This document shows, piece by piece, positions 46,119 to 55,347 of a stretch of 64,000 nt of DNA. Positions within the stretch are counted from its first letter, which is position 1; the number at the start of each line of letters is the position of its first letter. A model generated the notes under the pieces. It saw nothing but the letters and a program-made list of their open reading frames with translations, was not told the origin of the DNA and searched no databases. Position numbers and translations under genes: made by a program. Location: NCBI GenBank assembly GCA_903891165.1, contig CAITDR010000289.1, positions 2,278-66,277 of the forward strand, in the 5' to 3' direction. The DNA comes from an uncultured Pseudomonadota bacterium. Lineage in GTDB: Bacteria; Myxococcota_A; UBA796; SXON01.

Positions 46119-47239
46119 CCCTTGCCCCGCGCGAAGAGCGCGCAGCGCGCCGCCTCCTCTTCGATGGATAGCGGTACGATGATCTCGCCCGGCCCCAGAT
46201 CATTCTGTTGGGCGAGCCACTCCAGGGCCAAGCCCAACACCGTGAAGTGCAACAACACCGGCTCCTGTGAACCCGAATTCATCACGATATTCAACGGATT
46301 TCCGCCCGCAAGCACCACCAACTGCCGCCCGCCCAGGGCGTAGCGTACCACCTGCGGCCCTACCTCATCTACTGCATCTGCTTCCCGACGCAATGCCTCG
46401 ACCGCGATCTCGTCGTTGTGGTGGCCCGCGTTCAGCAGGATGGCACCATCTCGGGCCTGCCGCAGCAGCTCTAACGAAAGTGCATCCCGACTGCCCGTAG
46501 CGGTGACCAGTACCTGGCTCTGCGCGACGGCCTCTTCAATTGTGGGCGTCTCAAAGCCATCATACTGGGCGATCAACCTGCGAATGGGCGAGCTATCTAC
46601 CACCGAGACGCAGGCGCCGTTGGCCCGTGCGCAGGCCGCCACACCGGCCCCCACCGGCCCATAGCCGACGACGGCCACCGGGCGTCCGGCGAGGTGTTTC
46701 CCGGTCAGCGCCGTAAAGCTGGCCCACAGGCCGTCGCCCACCCCATGCCTGCACTCAATCGCAGGCTTCAACCGGCCACTATCGATGTTCACCACCGGAA
46801 AAGTCAGCGGCAGCGAACGCAGCTTACTTACGCCGGAGCGGCTGATTTCCACCCCCCCGCGCAGCGGTCGGTTGCTGCGCAACAGGGCCGCCCCCAAAGC
46901 GAAGCCGACATCCGCAAAAAGATCGGGTTGCACCGATAAGGTTCCCGCGATTCCATCGTTGATGGAGCGGCCGGAGTACACGGTCAGCCCCAGATCACGC
47001 AGATAGTCTACCACCCCCGGATCCGTGGTTGCCGGATTGGCCGCTGAGATCACCCATTTTCCGCCCCCCAGCACCAGCTCGCGGATCAGCGCAGCGGTCA
47101 GCGTGGTCAGGTGCAGGTGCAGCCCCACGGTGAGCCCCTCCCAGGGCCGATCCACGGCAAAGCGATTGCCTGCTTGCGGCAGAATCGGAAAAAAAGTCTG
47201 GATCCGCCCCAATTCCTGGAGCACCCGCTCGGTGCCCAT
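46115..47239 (-). CDS. S-adenosylhomocysteine-hydrolase-like NAD-binding protein, divergent (374 aa)
   Basis: Trimmed to ATG 47239, which overlaps the MBL gene stop by one nucleotide (TGATG). GLTVGLHLHLTTLTAALIRELVLGGGKWVISAANPATTDPGVV parallels the AdoHcyase substrate domain. PVAVVGYGPVGAGVA is the Rossmann motif. The K-x-x-F-D-N-x-Y-G-C-R catalytic block is degenerate (RLKPAIECRHG). Confidence 0.65.
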   Translation of the reverse strand: MGTERVLQELGRIQTFFPILPQAGNRFAVDRPWEGLTVGLHLHLTTLTAALIRELVLGGGKWVISAANPATTDPGVVDYLRDLGLTVYSGRSINDGIAGTLSVQPDLFADVGFALGAALLRSNRPLRGGVEISRSGVSKLRSLPLTFPVVNIDSGRLKPAIECRHGVGDGLWASFTALTGKHLAGRPVAVVGYGPVGAGVAACARANGACVSVVDSSPIRRLIAQYDGFETPTIEEAVAQSQVLVTATGSRDALSLELLRQARDGAILLNAGHHNDEIAVEALRREADAVDEVGPQVVRYALGGRQLVVLAGGNPLNIVMNSGSQEPVLLHFTVLGLALEWLAQQNDLGPGEIIVPLSIEEEAARCALFARGKG

Positions 47240-48105
47240 CAGGCGACCATTCCCGCCAGGTGCGACTGGCCGGCCACCGAGCCATAGCGCCCCTTCTCGT
47301 CGCGGGTGACCCGCGCCAGCGCCCACTCCGGGTCATGGGTGAAGAAGATCCGGCCATTCTGCGGAATCAGGTAGTCCAGCAGTGCCCGCTTTTCGTCCAC
47401 CAGCAGCTCGGGGAAGCGGTCGTAGCCCATGGACACCGAAGTGTGGACCCAGGCGCGTCCGGGCACCAGATCGGAGCCAAAAACAATCGGTCCGTCTTTC
47501 CCAGGGATCTCCGCCAGCAACAGGCCGGGTGTATGCCCATCGGATAGATGAAAGCGGTATTCACCTCCGAGCGCCCGGGAAGCATCGCCGTCCAGCAGCT
47601 CCAGACGCCCCGACTCTTCCAGATATTGGTTCAGAAGCGGAATAAAGCTGGCGCGGTCGCGGGGGTGTGGCTGCCGGGCCCGATCCCAGGCGTCGCGACT
47701 GACAACAAAAGTTGCATTGGGGAAAAGAAGGCTTGGTGTCTGCCCTTCCTGCCAGGCGGAGAGGACACCGCCCGCGTGATCAAAATGCAGGTGCGACAGG
47801 ACCACCACCGAGATGTCCGCGTCGGTCAAACCCACCGCGGCGAGGGAGTCCAACAGGATGTGCTGCTCCTCGGTAATGCCGTAGCGGTCGCGATACATGG
47901 CGTCAAAAAAGGCGCCAATACCTGCCTCAAAGAGGATCCAGCGCTTGCCGTCCTGCACCAGCAGGCAGCGACAGGCCAGCTCGATCCGGTTGCGTTCATC
48001 GGGCGTGGCCCAGCGCTCCCAGAGCGCCTTGGGAGCATTTCCGAACATCGCCCCGCCGTCCAGTTTCTGGCGGTTGCCCTCAATGGACCATACACGTCGT
48101 TCCAT
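47239..48105 (-). CDS. MBL-fold metallo-hydrolase, lactonase-like
   Basis: [15 protein letters not shown] and [13 protein letters not shown] (HxHxDH zinc motif, identical in its core to the AiiA-type HLHFDHAGG). GHTPG and FTHD are also present. Confidence 0.85.
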   Translation of the reverse strand: MERRVWSIEGNRQKLDGGAMFGNAPKALWERWATPDERNRIELACRCLLVQDGKRWILFEAGIGAFFDAMYRDRYGITEEQHILLDSLAAVGLTDADISVVVLSHLHFDHAGGVLSAWQEGQTPSLLFPNATFVVSRDAWDRARQPHPRDRASFIPLLNQYLEESGRLELLDGDASRALGGEYRFHLSDGHTPGLLLAEIPGKDGPIVFGSDLVPGRAWVHTSVSMGYDRFPELLVDEKRALLDYLIPQNGRIFFTHDPEWALARVTRDEKGRYGSVAGQSHLAGMVA

Positions 48106-48192
48106 CCCTCGATTCTATCTCATCCGGTGCGGCTTGTCCCTTTCTGCACTCCGGGCTTGAAAGGAGACGGCCTCCGGGCCATCTTGAGCAGG

Positions 48193-49437
48193 ATGCTCCT
48201 GGCTCTGCTCAACCTTGCTCTGGCTGCGCCCCCGAATGTGCTCCTGGTGGTGGTGGACGCCCTGCGTGCCGATCGGGTCTTGGGGGCGGAGGCGGAAAAA
48301 AATACGCCGAACCTACAACGTTTGATGCGACGTTCGGTGGTCTTTCCGCACGCCGTCAGCTCGGCCGCGTGGACGGTGCCGGCGATGGCGTCGCTGTTCA
48401 CCTCGCTGGATCCCCAGGTACATCGTACCCTGCGCTACAATTCAAATGATCGTCTGCCCGACGATAGCCTCGCTCCGCAGCTGCCCACCCTGGCGGAGAC
48501 TTTTGCGACCGGTGGCTACGAGACCGCGGCGCTGCTGAAGGCGGTAGTGTTGGCGAAAAACCGTGGTTTTGCGCAGGGGTTTTCGTCATGGCGGGTGGTA
48601 GAGGGGGACATGGCAGATCGCCAGAGTGCCAGCCAGTTGACCGATGCCGCGCTGGAGTGGGTCACGACGGAGCACGATAGAGAGCGTCCCTTTTTCCTCT
48701 ATCTTCACTACATGGATCCCCACTCGAACTACCTCGCACCCGAGCCATGGTATTCCGAGGCTCGGGGCGACTACAAGGGGCCCGTCACCGGGGTCTACAA
48801 CCAGATCCACGGGAGCTATCTGGAAAAGGGAGTGATTCCCACCCGAGCCGATCTGGGCCAACTTCGCCGCTACTACGACGCCGAAGTCCGGTACTGGGAC
48901 AGTGAGTTTGGTAGGTTGATAAAAGACCTTGCGGTGATGGGCGTGGATGCAAACACCATTGTTGTCGTGACGGCGGACCACGGCGAAGCGTTGTACGACC
49001 ACGGCAACTTCTTCGAAAGTAGTGTGTACCAGGAGAATATCGGCGTGCCGCTGGTGGTGAAGGTGCCCGGGGTGGCGGCGGCTCAGCGGAATGAGCTGGT
49101 ACAATTGCTGGATATCGCTCCCACCTTGGCGGATCTGGTCGGCCTTCCGGCGGCTGCGGCTTGGCAGGGGCGTAGTCTGGTGCCCGCCTTCCGCGGAGAA
49201 AGTACGGAACCACGAGCTGCGTACGCCGAATATGGGAATATACGGACGGTAATTGCTCCCGACGGACTGAAGCTGATCGAGGGTGACGGTGCGGCGAAGA
49301 TCTTTCAGATTTTCGAGGACCCTGGCGAACTTCGCGACAGGATGGGCGGTGGCTGGAAGGAGCTGCAGCGGCTCCGCGCCCTGTTGGCCGAGCGGGTGGC
49401 AGGGTGGGAGCCGCAGCGGCGGGGGCTGGGCCTGTAA
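48193..49437 (+). CDS. Secreted sulfatase-fold (alkaline-phosphatase superfamily) enzyme S1 with Thr in place of the formylglycine Cys/Ser
   Basis: ORF 47548..49437 trimmed to ATG 48193. An alternative TTG at 48184 gives the leader MSRMLLALLNLALA. Motifs: LLVVVDALRAD, SSAAWTVPAMASLFTS, YLHYMDPHSNY, TIVVVTADHGEA, LLDIAPTLADLVG. Confidence 0.8.
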   Translation: MLLALLNLALAAPPNVLLVVVDALRADRVLGAEAEKNTPNLQRLMRRSVVFPHAVSSAAWTVPAMASLFTSLDPQVHRTLRYNSNDRLPDDSLAPQLPTLAETFATGGYETAALLKAVVLAKNRGFAQGFSSWRVVEGDMADRQSASQLTDAALEWVTTEHDRERPFFLYLHYMDPHSNYLAPEPWYSEARGDYKGPVTGVYNQIHGSYLEKGVIPTRADLGQLRRYYDAEVRYWDSEFGRLIKDLAVMGVDANTIVVVTADHGEALYDHGNFFESSVYQENIGVPLVVKVPGVAAAQRNELVQLLDIAPTLADLVGLPAAAAWQGRSLVPAFRGESTEPRAAYAEYGNIRTVIAPDGLKLIEGDGAAKIFQIFEDPGELRDRMGGGWKELQRLRALLAERVAGWEPQRRGLGL

Positions 49438-49453
49438 GGCCGTCGCGTCCCGC

Positions 49454-49500
49454 CTGTGCATGAACTGTGCATGGCGCTCTGCACAGCAAGGTTCTGTGCG
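49454..49500 (+). promoter_or_regulatory. Phased direct repeats (CTGTGCA-like heptamers) upstream of the TPR gene
   Basis: CTGTGCATG at 49454-49462 and 49465-49473 (11-bp phasing), CTCTGCA at 49477-49483 and CTGTGCG at 49494-49500. All lie in the 154-nt gap between S1 and the TPR gene. Function unknown. Confidence 0.3.
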
Positions 49501-49590
49501 GGGAGGAGCGGATGGGCCTGCCGGACTCCGCAGAATTGTACAGCTTCCTCATTTTTTTGGGATTGGCATGAGTCTTGCATGCACGAAGGC

Positions 49591-50445
49591 ATGGAAACGC
49601 CCATCTTGTCCTGTTCCTCCGATGGTTGGACGACCGCTCTGCTGGACGACGTGCGCAGCCTGATGGATGCGACCCAGCTTTGGGAGGCCGAGTTACTCTG
49701 CCGTCAGGCCATCGTAGAGATTGAAGGCTGCTTTGGGGAGCAGACTTTGGCGGGAATTGAGGCGCGGATGTTGCTGGCAGAGCTTCGTTTTCAGGACGGT
49801 GATCTGTCCGAGGCACAGGCGCTGCTTCAGCAGGCCACCGGACTGCTGACCCGTCTCCCCGACCAGGGGCCTGTGGTGTGCAGGCTACGTGTGCAGGCCC
49901 TGGGTCGCCAGGGCCTGATCTGCGTGCTGGCGGGGAATCCGGAAGAGGGGCTGCCCTTGCTGCGTCAAGCCCTGCTTCGGGCCCGTCGGCAGCTGGGACC
50001 GACGGATGCGGAGGTTCGCTGCTGTCTCAATGCACTCGCTTTTGCGTCACGACGGATGGGGCGCCTGGGCCTTGCGGCCTCCCAGCTGCGGGAGGCGCTG
50101 CGCTGTGCGACGGGGGCCCCCCCGGCGCAGGTGGCGCTGCTGCACCGGAACCTCGCCTGCCTGGAGCTGGAGCGCGGTCGTCCTGAGCGCGGCGAGCCTC
50201 ATGCGCGTGCGGCGATTGTCCTTCTGCAACATTCAGAAAGCGCTACCGCTTCCGTCCAGCTTCTACTGGCTCGTCTGGTCCGGCGTCGCGATGCAGCAGA
50301 GGCCGAGCGGCTGCTGCGGGAGGCACTTCCGGCCCTGGAAGAGGCCGAGCGGCAGGAAGCCTGCCGTCTGATGGCCGATCTGTTGGCCCAGCAGGAGGAT
50401 CTGGCGCAGGCCGGGGCCAACCGGTGGCGCGCCGAGGCGGCATGA
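49591..50445 (+). CDS. TPR-repeat protein, cytoplasmic (about 285 aa)
   Basis: ORF 49456..50445. I prefer ATG 49591 (or 49579), because the first ~40 codons use AT-ending codons atypical for this genome. Repeated A/L-rich TPR-like helices (EAQALLQQATGLL, GLPLLRQALLRARRQLG, LREALRCATG, LLREALPALEEA). Confidence 0.6.
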   Translation: METPILSCSSDGWTTALLDDVRSLMDATQLWEAELLCRQAIVEIEGCFGEQTLAGIEARMLLAELRFQDGDLSEAQALLQQATGLLTRLPDQGPVVCRLRVQALGRQGLICVLAGNPEEGLPLLRQALLRARRQLGPTDAEVRCCLNALAFASRRMGRLGLAASQLREALRCATGAPPAQVALLHRNLACLELERGRPERGEPHARAAIVLLQHSESATASVQLLLARLVRRRDAAEAERLLREALPALEEAERQEACRLMADLLAQQEDLAQAGANRWRAEAA

Positions 50446-50481
50446 GACCTTTTATGACCCAGACAGGATAGGGGGGAAGGG

Positions 50482-52692
50482 ATGTCCAAGCGCCTCTTCC
50501 TCCTCCTCCCCCTGGCCGCACTGCTGTGGTGCTGGCCGCTTGGCTGGTCCCTTTGGCCGGACGAGGTTTTTACGGCCGGGGTGGTGGTGCGTGACATCCG
50601 GGGGATGATCCAAGGGGCCGCCAATGATCGGCATCCTCCCTTGTACTATCTCTTTGTCAGCCTGTTTGGCTTCCTGGGGAAATCGGATGCGGCGCTGAGG
50701 CTGCCTTCGGCGGTGGCGCTGCTGAGTATGTTGGCGGTGGGGCTGGGATCGGTACGACGCTGGGGGACCGAGGGCACTGCCTGGGTCATGGCCTTGGTCC
50801 TTGTTTTTTCGCCGGTGTGTTTCCTTTTTGCGCATACGGCGCGTATGTATGCCCTCTTGGCGGCCTTCGGAGCGATGTTGCTCGCCGGCTGTCTGGGCGT
50901 CGCAAAAGGGAGCCGTTGGGGGCTCCTTTTCCTGCTGGTAGGCGGTCTGGGAAGCCTGTACACCCACTATGCGGGGGCGGGGGGAGTCGCTGGCGCTCTT
51001 GCAGGCTCCTTTTTGGTCGCTGTCCAGCTGAAAAGGCGCGATCTTATTGGAGGAACGCTGATAGTGGGGATGGCAATCGGGCTGTGTTTTGCCCCCTGGG
51101 CGCTGGGACCGCTGCAGCAGCAGCTGGCCGAGAAGTCCAACCCCACTCAGCGTAGCTGGACGGTGCTTCTCTATCTGCTTTGGGGCGCCGATCCTCGCAT
51201 TTTTGTAGGGAGCTGGGGGATGCTGTGCCTCGCGCTGGTAGGCTGCTACCACAGCCGGGCGCAGCGCTGGCTCTGGCCCTGGTGGGGGGCGATGTTGCTT
51301 TTTCCAGTCCTTGCTTCATCCTCCGAACCTGCCCAGAACCCCAGGAATTATATCGGTTTTCTGCCGATGTCTGCCTACCTTGTCGCCGAAGGAATCGCCT
51401 ATCTACGGCTCAAAAAAGGCTTGCGCGGCGCCTGGGTGGATTATGCTCCGGTCATGTTGCTGCTCTGGCCCCTTTTGGAATTGAGCCGTCAGGAGACCAA
51501 CCCCCAGGACGTGGGCAATGGTCACGACTATCGTCGGGAAGCGCAACTATTGGATCGCCTGATACCGGCGGATGCAAATCTTCGCTTTGAGCCTTCCTAT
51601 GTGGTCAATCAGTTCTCCCGCTATGCGCCGGCTCTGGCGCTGCGCTCCGGTGGGGGAGAGCAGTGGTTGGGCAAGGCCACCGGAGCCCCTCGGGGAAATT
51701 GTACCTTCCTTTCTGCTTTTCGGGTGGCGCTGATCGTCCCCGAAGAGGCCTGCGACGAGGCGGTGGCGGTGCTGCGGAAGGAGGCCGAGCAAAGCGACTA
51801 TAGTCCCTTCCTCGTGGAGATCGGCAGGCGGGCCCTGGAGGCGAAAAATCTGGAAGAAGCTGAATCTTTTGCTGCACGGGCCGTGCAGGGGCCGCAGCGG
51901 CATTTTGCCGCCTGGGATCTGGTGGCCGATGTGGCCTTTGCGCAGGGGGACCTGGAAGGGGCGTTGAAGGCAACGGATCAGGCGCTGGGGCTGGCCCGGG
52001 GCTGGGGCTTTGGCGCCAACCAGATCGCCGGTCTTTGGGATCAGCGGGCCCGCATCTTGACGCGTCAAGAGAATGCGGCGGCAGCTCAGCAGGCCACCGC
52101 GGCGGGAGCCTGTGCACGAAGTCGCCACCCGGCTTGGCTCTGCGGTGGGGTTTTTTCCTGGTTATCGGCCGAGGAATCGGCAAGGGAAGAGGGCGGGGCG
52201 CCTGCCGAAAAACCGGCGGCCGGGGGAGGCCGAGGGGACTGGAAAGATCTGGAAGTTCGCCCGCTCCCACAGCGCTGGGACTTTGATGAGGTCGGCCTGT
52301 CCAAGGGCTGGGTGCGGACCGGCTTTGCGGAAAACACGGGTGGGGAACTGGTTGTCGGGGACTCGAAGGCGGAGATTGACGTGGCCTGCACACCGATCCT
52401 CGCGGTCCCCGGTCCGATGAAGATCCAGCTGCGCTGGACCCCCGACATCCTGAGCCTGGACCCGCCCACCTGGTCGGTGGTGGAGCTGCGCCCGGTACAA
52501 CAGGATGGCAAGCCCTTGCCGGATGTGGAGGTTGCCCGCTACTTTGCCACACGCCAGGGCCAACCGGCTCGTGAGGAGGAAGGCCTGTGGACGCCCCCGG
52601 CCGGGGTCAGCTACGCACGGCTCTGTGTCAAGACCGGGGGAGCCTCGGCGGGTAGCACCAAGGTGGACTGGCTCTCCCTGACCGCGGGTTGA
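50482..52692 (+). CDS. GT-C glycosyltransferase, family 39/ArnT-PMT-like, with C-terminal TPR and beta-rich domains (736 aa)
   Basis: GGGGAAGGG Shine-Dalgarno before ATG. The first loop has WPDEVFTA (acidic DE motif) and RHPPLYYLF. About 11 TM segments are followed by a TPR-like region (EAKNLEEAESFAARAV...GDLEGALKATDQALGLA) and a ~130-aa beta-rich C-terminal domain. Confidence 0.75.
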   Translation: MSKRLFLLLPLAALLWCWPLGWSLWPDEVFTAGVVVRDIRGMIQGAANDRHPPLYYLFVSLFGFLGKSDAALRLPSAVALLSMLAVGLGSVRRWGTEGTAWVMALVLVFSPVCFLFAHTARMYALLAAFGAMLLAGCLGVAKGSRWGLLFLLVGGLGSLYTHYAGAGGVAGALAGSFLVAVQLKRRDLIGGTLIVGMAIGLCFAPWALGPLQQQLAEKSNPTQRSWTVLLYLLWGADPRIFVGSWGMLCLALVGCYHSRAQRWLWPWWGAMLLFPVLASSSEPAQNPRNYIGFLPMSAYLVAEGIAYLRLKKGLRGAWVDYAPVMLLLWPLLELSRQETNPQDVGNGHDYRREAQLLDRLIPADANLRFEPSYVVNQFSRYAPALALRSGGGEQWLGKATGAPRGNCTFLSAFRVALIVPEEACDEAVAVLRKEAEQSDYSPFLVEIGRRALEAKNLEEAESFAARAVQGPQRHFAAWDLVADVAFAQGDLEGALKATDQALGLARGWGFGANQIAGLWDQRARILTRQENAAAAQQATAAGACARSRHPAWLCGGVFSWLSAEESAREEGGAPAEKPAAGGGRGDWKDLEVRPLPQRWDFDEVGLSKGWVRTGFAENTGGELVVGDSKAEIDVACTPILAVPGPMKIQLRWTPDILSLDPPTWSVVELRPVQQDGKPLPDVEVARYFATRQGQPAREEEGLWTPPAGVSYARLCVKTGGASAGSTKVDWLSLTAG

Positions 52693-52790
52693 GGGGAAGA
52701 TTTTCGACGCTGAGGTATTTGCTTACACACCGTGAAAGATGAGGGCTGGGCATGGGTCCTCCTTTCCGCTACAAGAACGATGAGGTCTGT

Positions 52791-54194
52791 ATGCTCCGCT
52801 CTCTGTCTCTGCTCGGTCTGGCCCTGGCTGCGGTGGCCAGCGTTTTGATGCTCAGTCCTGCCCGCGCGGCGGCGCCGGCCCCCAATGTCATCCTGATACT
52901 CGTGGATGCGATGCGGGCGGATAAGCTCGGTCCCTACGGCTATACTGCGCGGGCGACCACCCCGAACCTGAGCCGCTTTGCCAGCCGTGGTGTTGTATTC
53001 GAAAATACAATCAGCCAGGCCGGCTGGACGGTCCCCTCAGTGGCCAGTCTGTTCACCGGGGTGGATCCCCAGGCCCACCGGGTGCTGCGCTACCAGCAGA
53101 CCAGCCGGGTGGAGATGGATGCGCTCTCGCTGGGCCACCAGACCATTGCCGAGCAGTTCAAAAATGCGGGCTACAGCACGGCTGCAATTATGAAGTCCAT
53201 CGTGGTGGATTCTGGTCGCGGCTTCTCGCAGGGTTTTGATACCTTCAACGTGATAAATCCCAAGCAGAACCAGGCGGATGGGGACTCCGGCCGCGAGCTG
53301 ACGGATGCAGCGGTGGCGTGGTTGGAGCAACAGAAGACCGCTGGAAAGCCCTTCTTTGGCTACCTCCACTACATGGATACCCACTCTCCCTACAAGGCGC
53401 CGGAGCCCTACTACAGCAAATATCGGGCTCCAGGCTACGCAGGTCCGGTCTCGGGCGCCCATATGCAGATCGAAAATGACTACAAGAAGCCGGGGGTGGT
53501 GCCTGCCGCGGCGGACATCCAGCAGGCCCTAGCTCTGTACGACTCGGAAGTGGAGTACTGGGATGCCCAGTTTGGTCGGTTGATGCAGGTATTGGTCAGC
53601 ACCGGCTTGGACGCAAACACCATCGTGGTGGTGACGGCCGACCATGGGGAAGCCTTCTGGGAGCATGGAACCAATGTGTTTCATGAGCACCTGTATCAAG
53701 AAAATATCCACATTCCATTTATTGTAAAGGCGCCGGGTGTGAAGCCGGGGCGTCTGTCTCACTGGACCCAGAGTATCGACATTGCCCCGACACTCGCCGA
53801 TCTGGCCGGAGTGCCCAAGGGGGCGCATTGGCAGGGCCGTTCGCAGGCGGCGGTGTTGAAGGGCACCGGGCCTGCAACAGTATTGCCGGTCTATGCAGAA
53901 TATTCGGAGCGCCGGACGATCATTGAGCCCTCGGGCATGAAGCTGTTGTTGGGGGATCCCTCCGGCCCGATGCTCTTCGATCTGAAGAAGGATCCGGGCG
54001 AGAAGACCAACCTCGCGGCCGCTCAGCCCGACGTGGTGAATCGCCTGAAGGGTCTTTTGGAGGTCCGTTCTTCCGAAGGAAAGGCGCTTGCAGCATCTTT
54101 CCCGATGGAGGAGAAAAACGAGATGAGCCCCGAGCAGGTGCAGCAGCTCTGCGCGCTGGGCTACCTCTCCGGGGCGGTCTGCGAAGGAAAGTGA
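52791..54194 (+). CDS. Secreted sulfatase-fold enzyme S2, paralogue of S1, Thr in place of the formylglycine Cys/Ser
   Basis: Trimmed to ATG 52791. Signal peptide MLRSLSLLGLALAAVASVLMLSPARAAA. Motifs: ILILVDAMRAD, SQAGWTVPSVASLFTG, YLHYMDTHSPY, TIVVVTADHGEA, SIDIAPTLADLAG. Confidence 0.85.
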   Translation: MLRSLSLLGLALAAVASVLMLSPARAAAPAPNVILILVDAMRADKLGPYGYTARATTPNLSRFASRGVVFENTISQAGWTVPSVASLFTGVDPQAHRVLRYQQTSRVEMDALSLGHQTIAEQFKNAGYSTAAIMKSIVVDSGRGFSQGFDTFNVINPKQNQADGDSGRELTDAAVAWLEQQKTAGKPFFGYLHYMDTHSPYKAPEPYYSKYRAPGYAGPVSGAHMQIENDYKKPGVVPAAADIQQALALYDSEVEYWDAQFGRLMQVLVSTGLDANTIVVVTADHGEAFWEHGTNVFHEHLYQENIHIPFIVKAPGVKPGRLSHWTQSIDIAPTLADLAGVPKGAHWQGRSQAAVLKGTGPATVLPVYAEYSERRTIIEPSGMKLLLGDPSGPMLFDLKKDPGEKTNLAAAQPDVVNRLKGLLEVRSSEGKALAASFPMEEKNEMSPEQVQQLCALGYLSGAVCEGK

Positions 54195-54198
54195 GTCG

Positions 54199-55323
54199 AT
54201 GAGCTGGTTTTTGGGCTGGCGGAGCTGGTTGCTGGCCCTGGTGCTATTGGCCACCAATTGGGGGCTTGGGAGGCTGCACGCCCTGGTGGAGTGGTGGGCG
54301 GAGCGGCTGTCGGCTCCCCTCGGGCTCGGGCTGGCCCGACTGGTGTCGGTGGTGGACCTCAGCGTCGCAGAAGTGCTGATCTACCTCGGGGTTTTGGGGC
54401 TGGTACCGCTGCTGGTCCACCAACGCCGCTCGCTACCCCGCCTGCTTCGTGTGGTGATCAGCATGGCGCTCTGGGGTGCCGTCATTTTTGTGAATCTGTG
54501 GGGAATGCAGTACCGGCGGCCACCGATGTTGGAGCGTCTGGGCTGGGAGGATCCCGGTCCCACCACCGCTGAGGAGCTGAGCAGGCTTGGGAAAATCGCT
54601 GCGTTGCAAGCGGGGACTGCGTACAAGCAGGCGCTGGGCACCGACGACCTGGGCCAGGCCACTACGGGGATGCCGATGGCAATGCTCCATCCGGCGGTGG
54701 AGCAGGGCTACGCGGTGGTGGCGACCGAGGCCCCGCAGTTAGGTGCGAGTTTTGCCTGGCCGCGGCCCTCTCCGAAGCCCCTGGCCTCCACCTTTGCCCT
54801 GGTTCGTTTCGGTTTATTAGGTTTCTACTTCCCCTTTACGGGAGAAGCCAGCCTGACCATTGATGCGCCCGGCCAGCAGGTGCCCCATGCGGCGGCGCAT
54901 GAGATGGCCCACCAGCGTGGGGTTGCAAGGGAGGACGAGGCGAATTTTATGGGCTTCTGGGTGTGCATCCGGTCGGACGACGCCTATGTGCGCTACTCGG
55001 GGTGGCTTTTCCTGTGGAAGCAGGTCTACTATGAGCTGAGTGAGCAGCGGGAGGATGCCCTGGCGCGGACTCTGGTTCGGCAGGTGGGGCCAGGGCCGCT
55101 GCGCGACATGGAAGAGGCCTGGAAGTGGTGGCACGCCGGGGAGGGCAGGATGCGGGAGCTGGGACAGGCGGTGAATGATACCTACCTGAAGGTGAATGGT
55201 CAGGATGGTATTGTCAGCTACAATCAGAGCCTGCGGCTGATGTTGGCCATGGGACGTCGGGGCGGCGCGGAGTGGGCCATCGGCGATGACCCCCAACCTG
55301 CCGACCCCCTACCCGAAAATTGA
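54199..55323 (+). CDS. DUF3810-like membrane protein with an HExxH zinc-protease-like motif
   Basis: Starts 4 nt after S2. N-terminal TM segments, then AAHEMAHQRGVAREDEANFMGFWVC, which matches my recollection of the DUF3810 signature (HExxHQ...E.EANF). Confidence 0.7.
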   Translation: MSWFLGWRSWLLALVLLATNWGLGRLHALVEWWAERLSAPLGLGLARLVSVVDLSVAEVLIYLGVLGLVPLLVHQRRSLPRLLRVVISMALWGAVIFVNLWGMQYRRPPMLERLGWEDPGPTTAEELSRLGKIAALQAGTAYKQALGTDDLGQATTGMPMAMLHPAVEQGYAVVATEAPQLGASFAWPRPSPKPLASTFALVRFGLLGFYFPFTGEASLTIDAPGQQVPHAAAHEMAHQRGVAREDEANFMGFWVCIRSDDAYVRYSGWLFLWKQVYYELSEQREDALARTLVRQVGPGPLRDMEEAWKWWHAGEGRMRELGQAVNDTYLKVNGQDGIVSYNQSLRLMLAMGRRGGAEWAIGDDPQPADPLPEN

Positions 55324-55347
55324 GTTAGGGCGGCGCGGGGAGGGGGG

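Noticed and set aside
49456-49590. A Cys-rich 41-45-aa N-terminal extension of the TPR protein (MHELCMALCTARFCAGRSGWACRTPQNC...), considered as a possible zinc-binding domain.
   Set aside because: Codons here are AT-ending and atypical for this genome. The region is built from short direct DNA repeats and a T7 run. It is more likely regulatory non-coding DNA.
48193-54194. Annotating S1 and S2 as genuine arylsulfatases.
   Set aside because: Both lack the C/S-x-P-x-R formylglycine motif (they have T-V-P-x-[MV]). No formylglycine-generating enzyme or anaerobic sulfatase-maturase gene is nearby. The fold assignment is kept and the sulfatase activity call is dropped.
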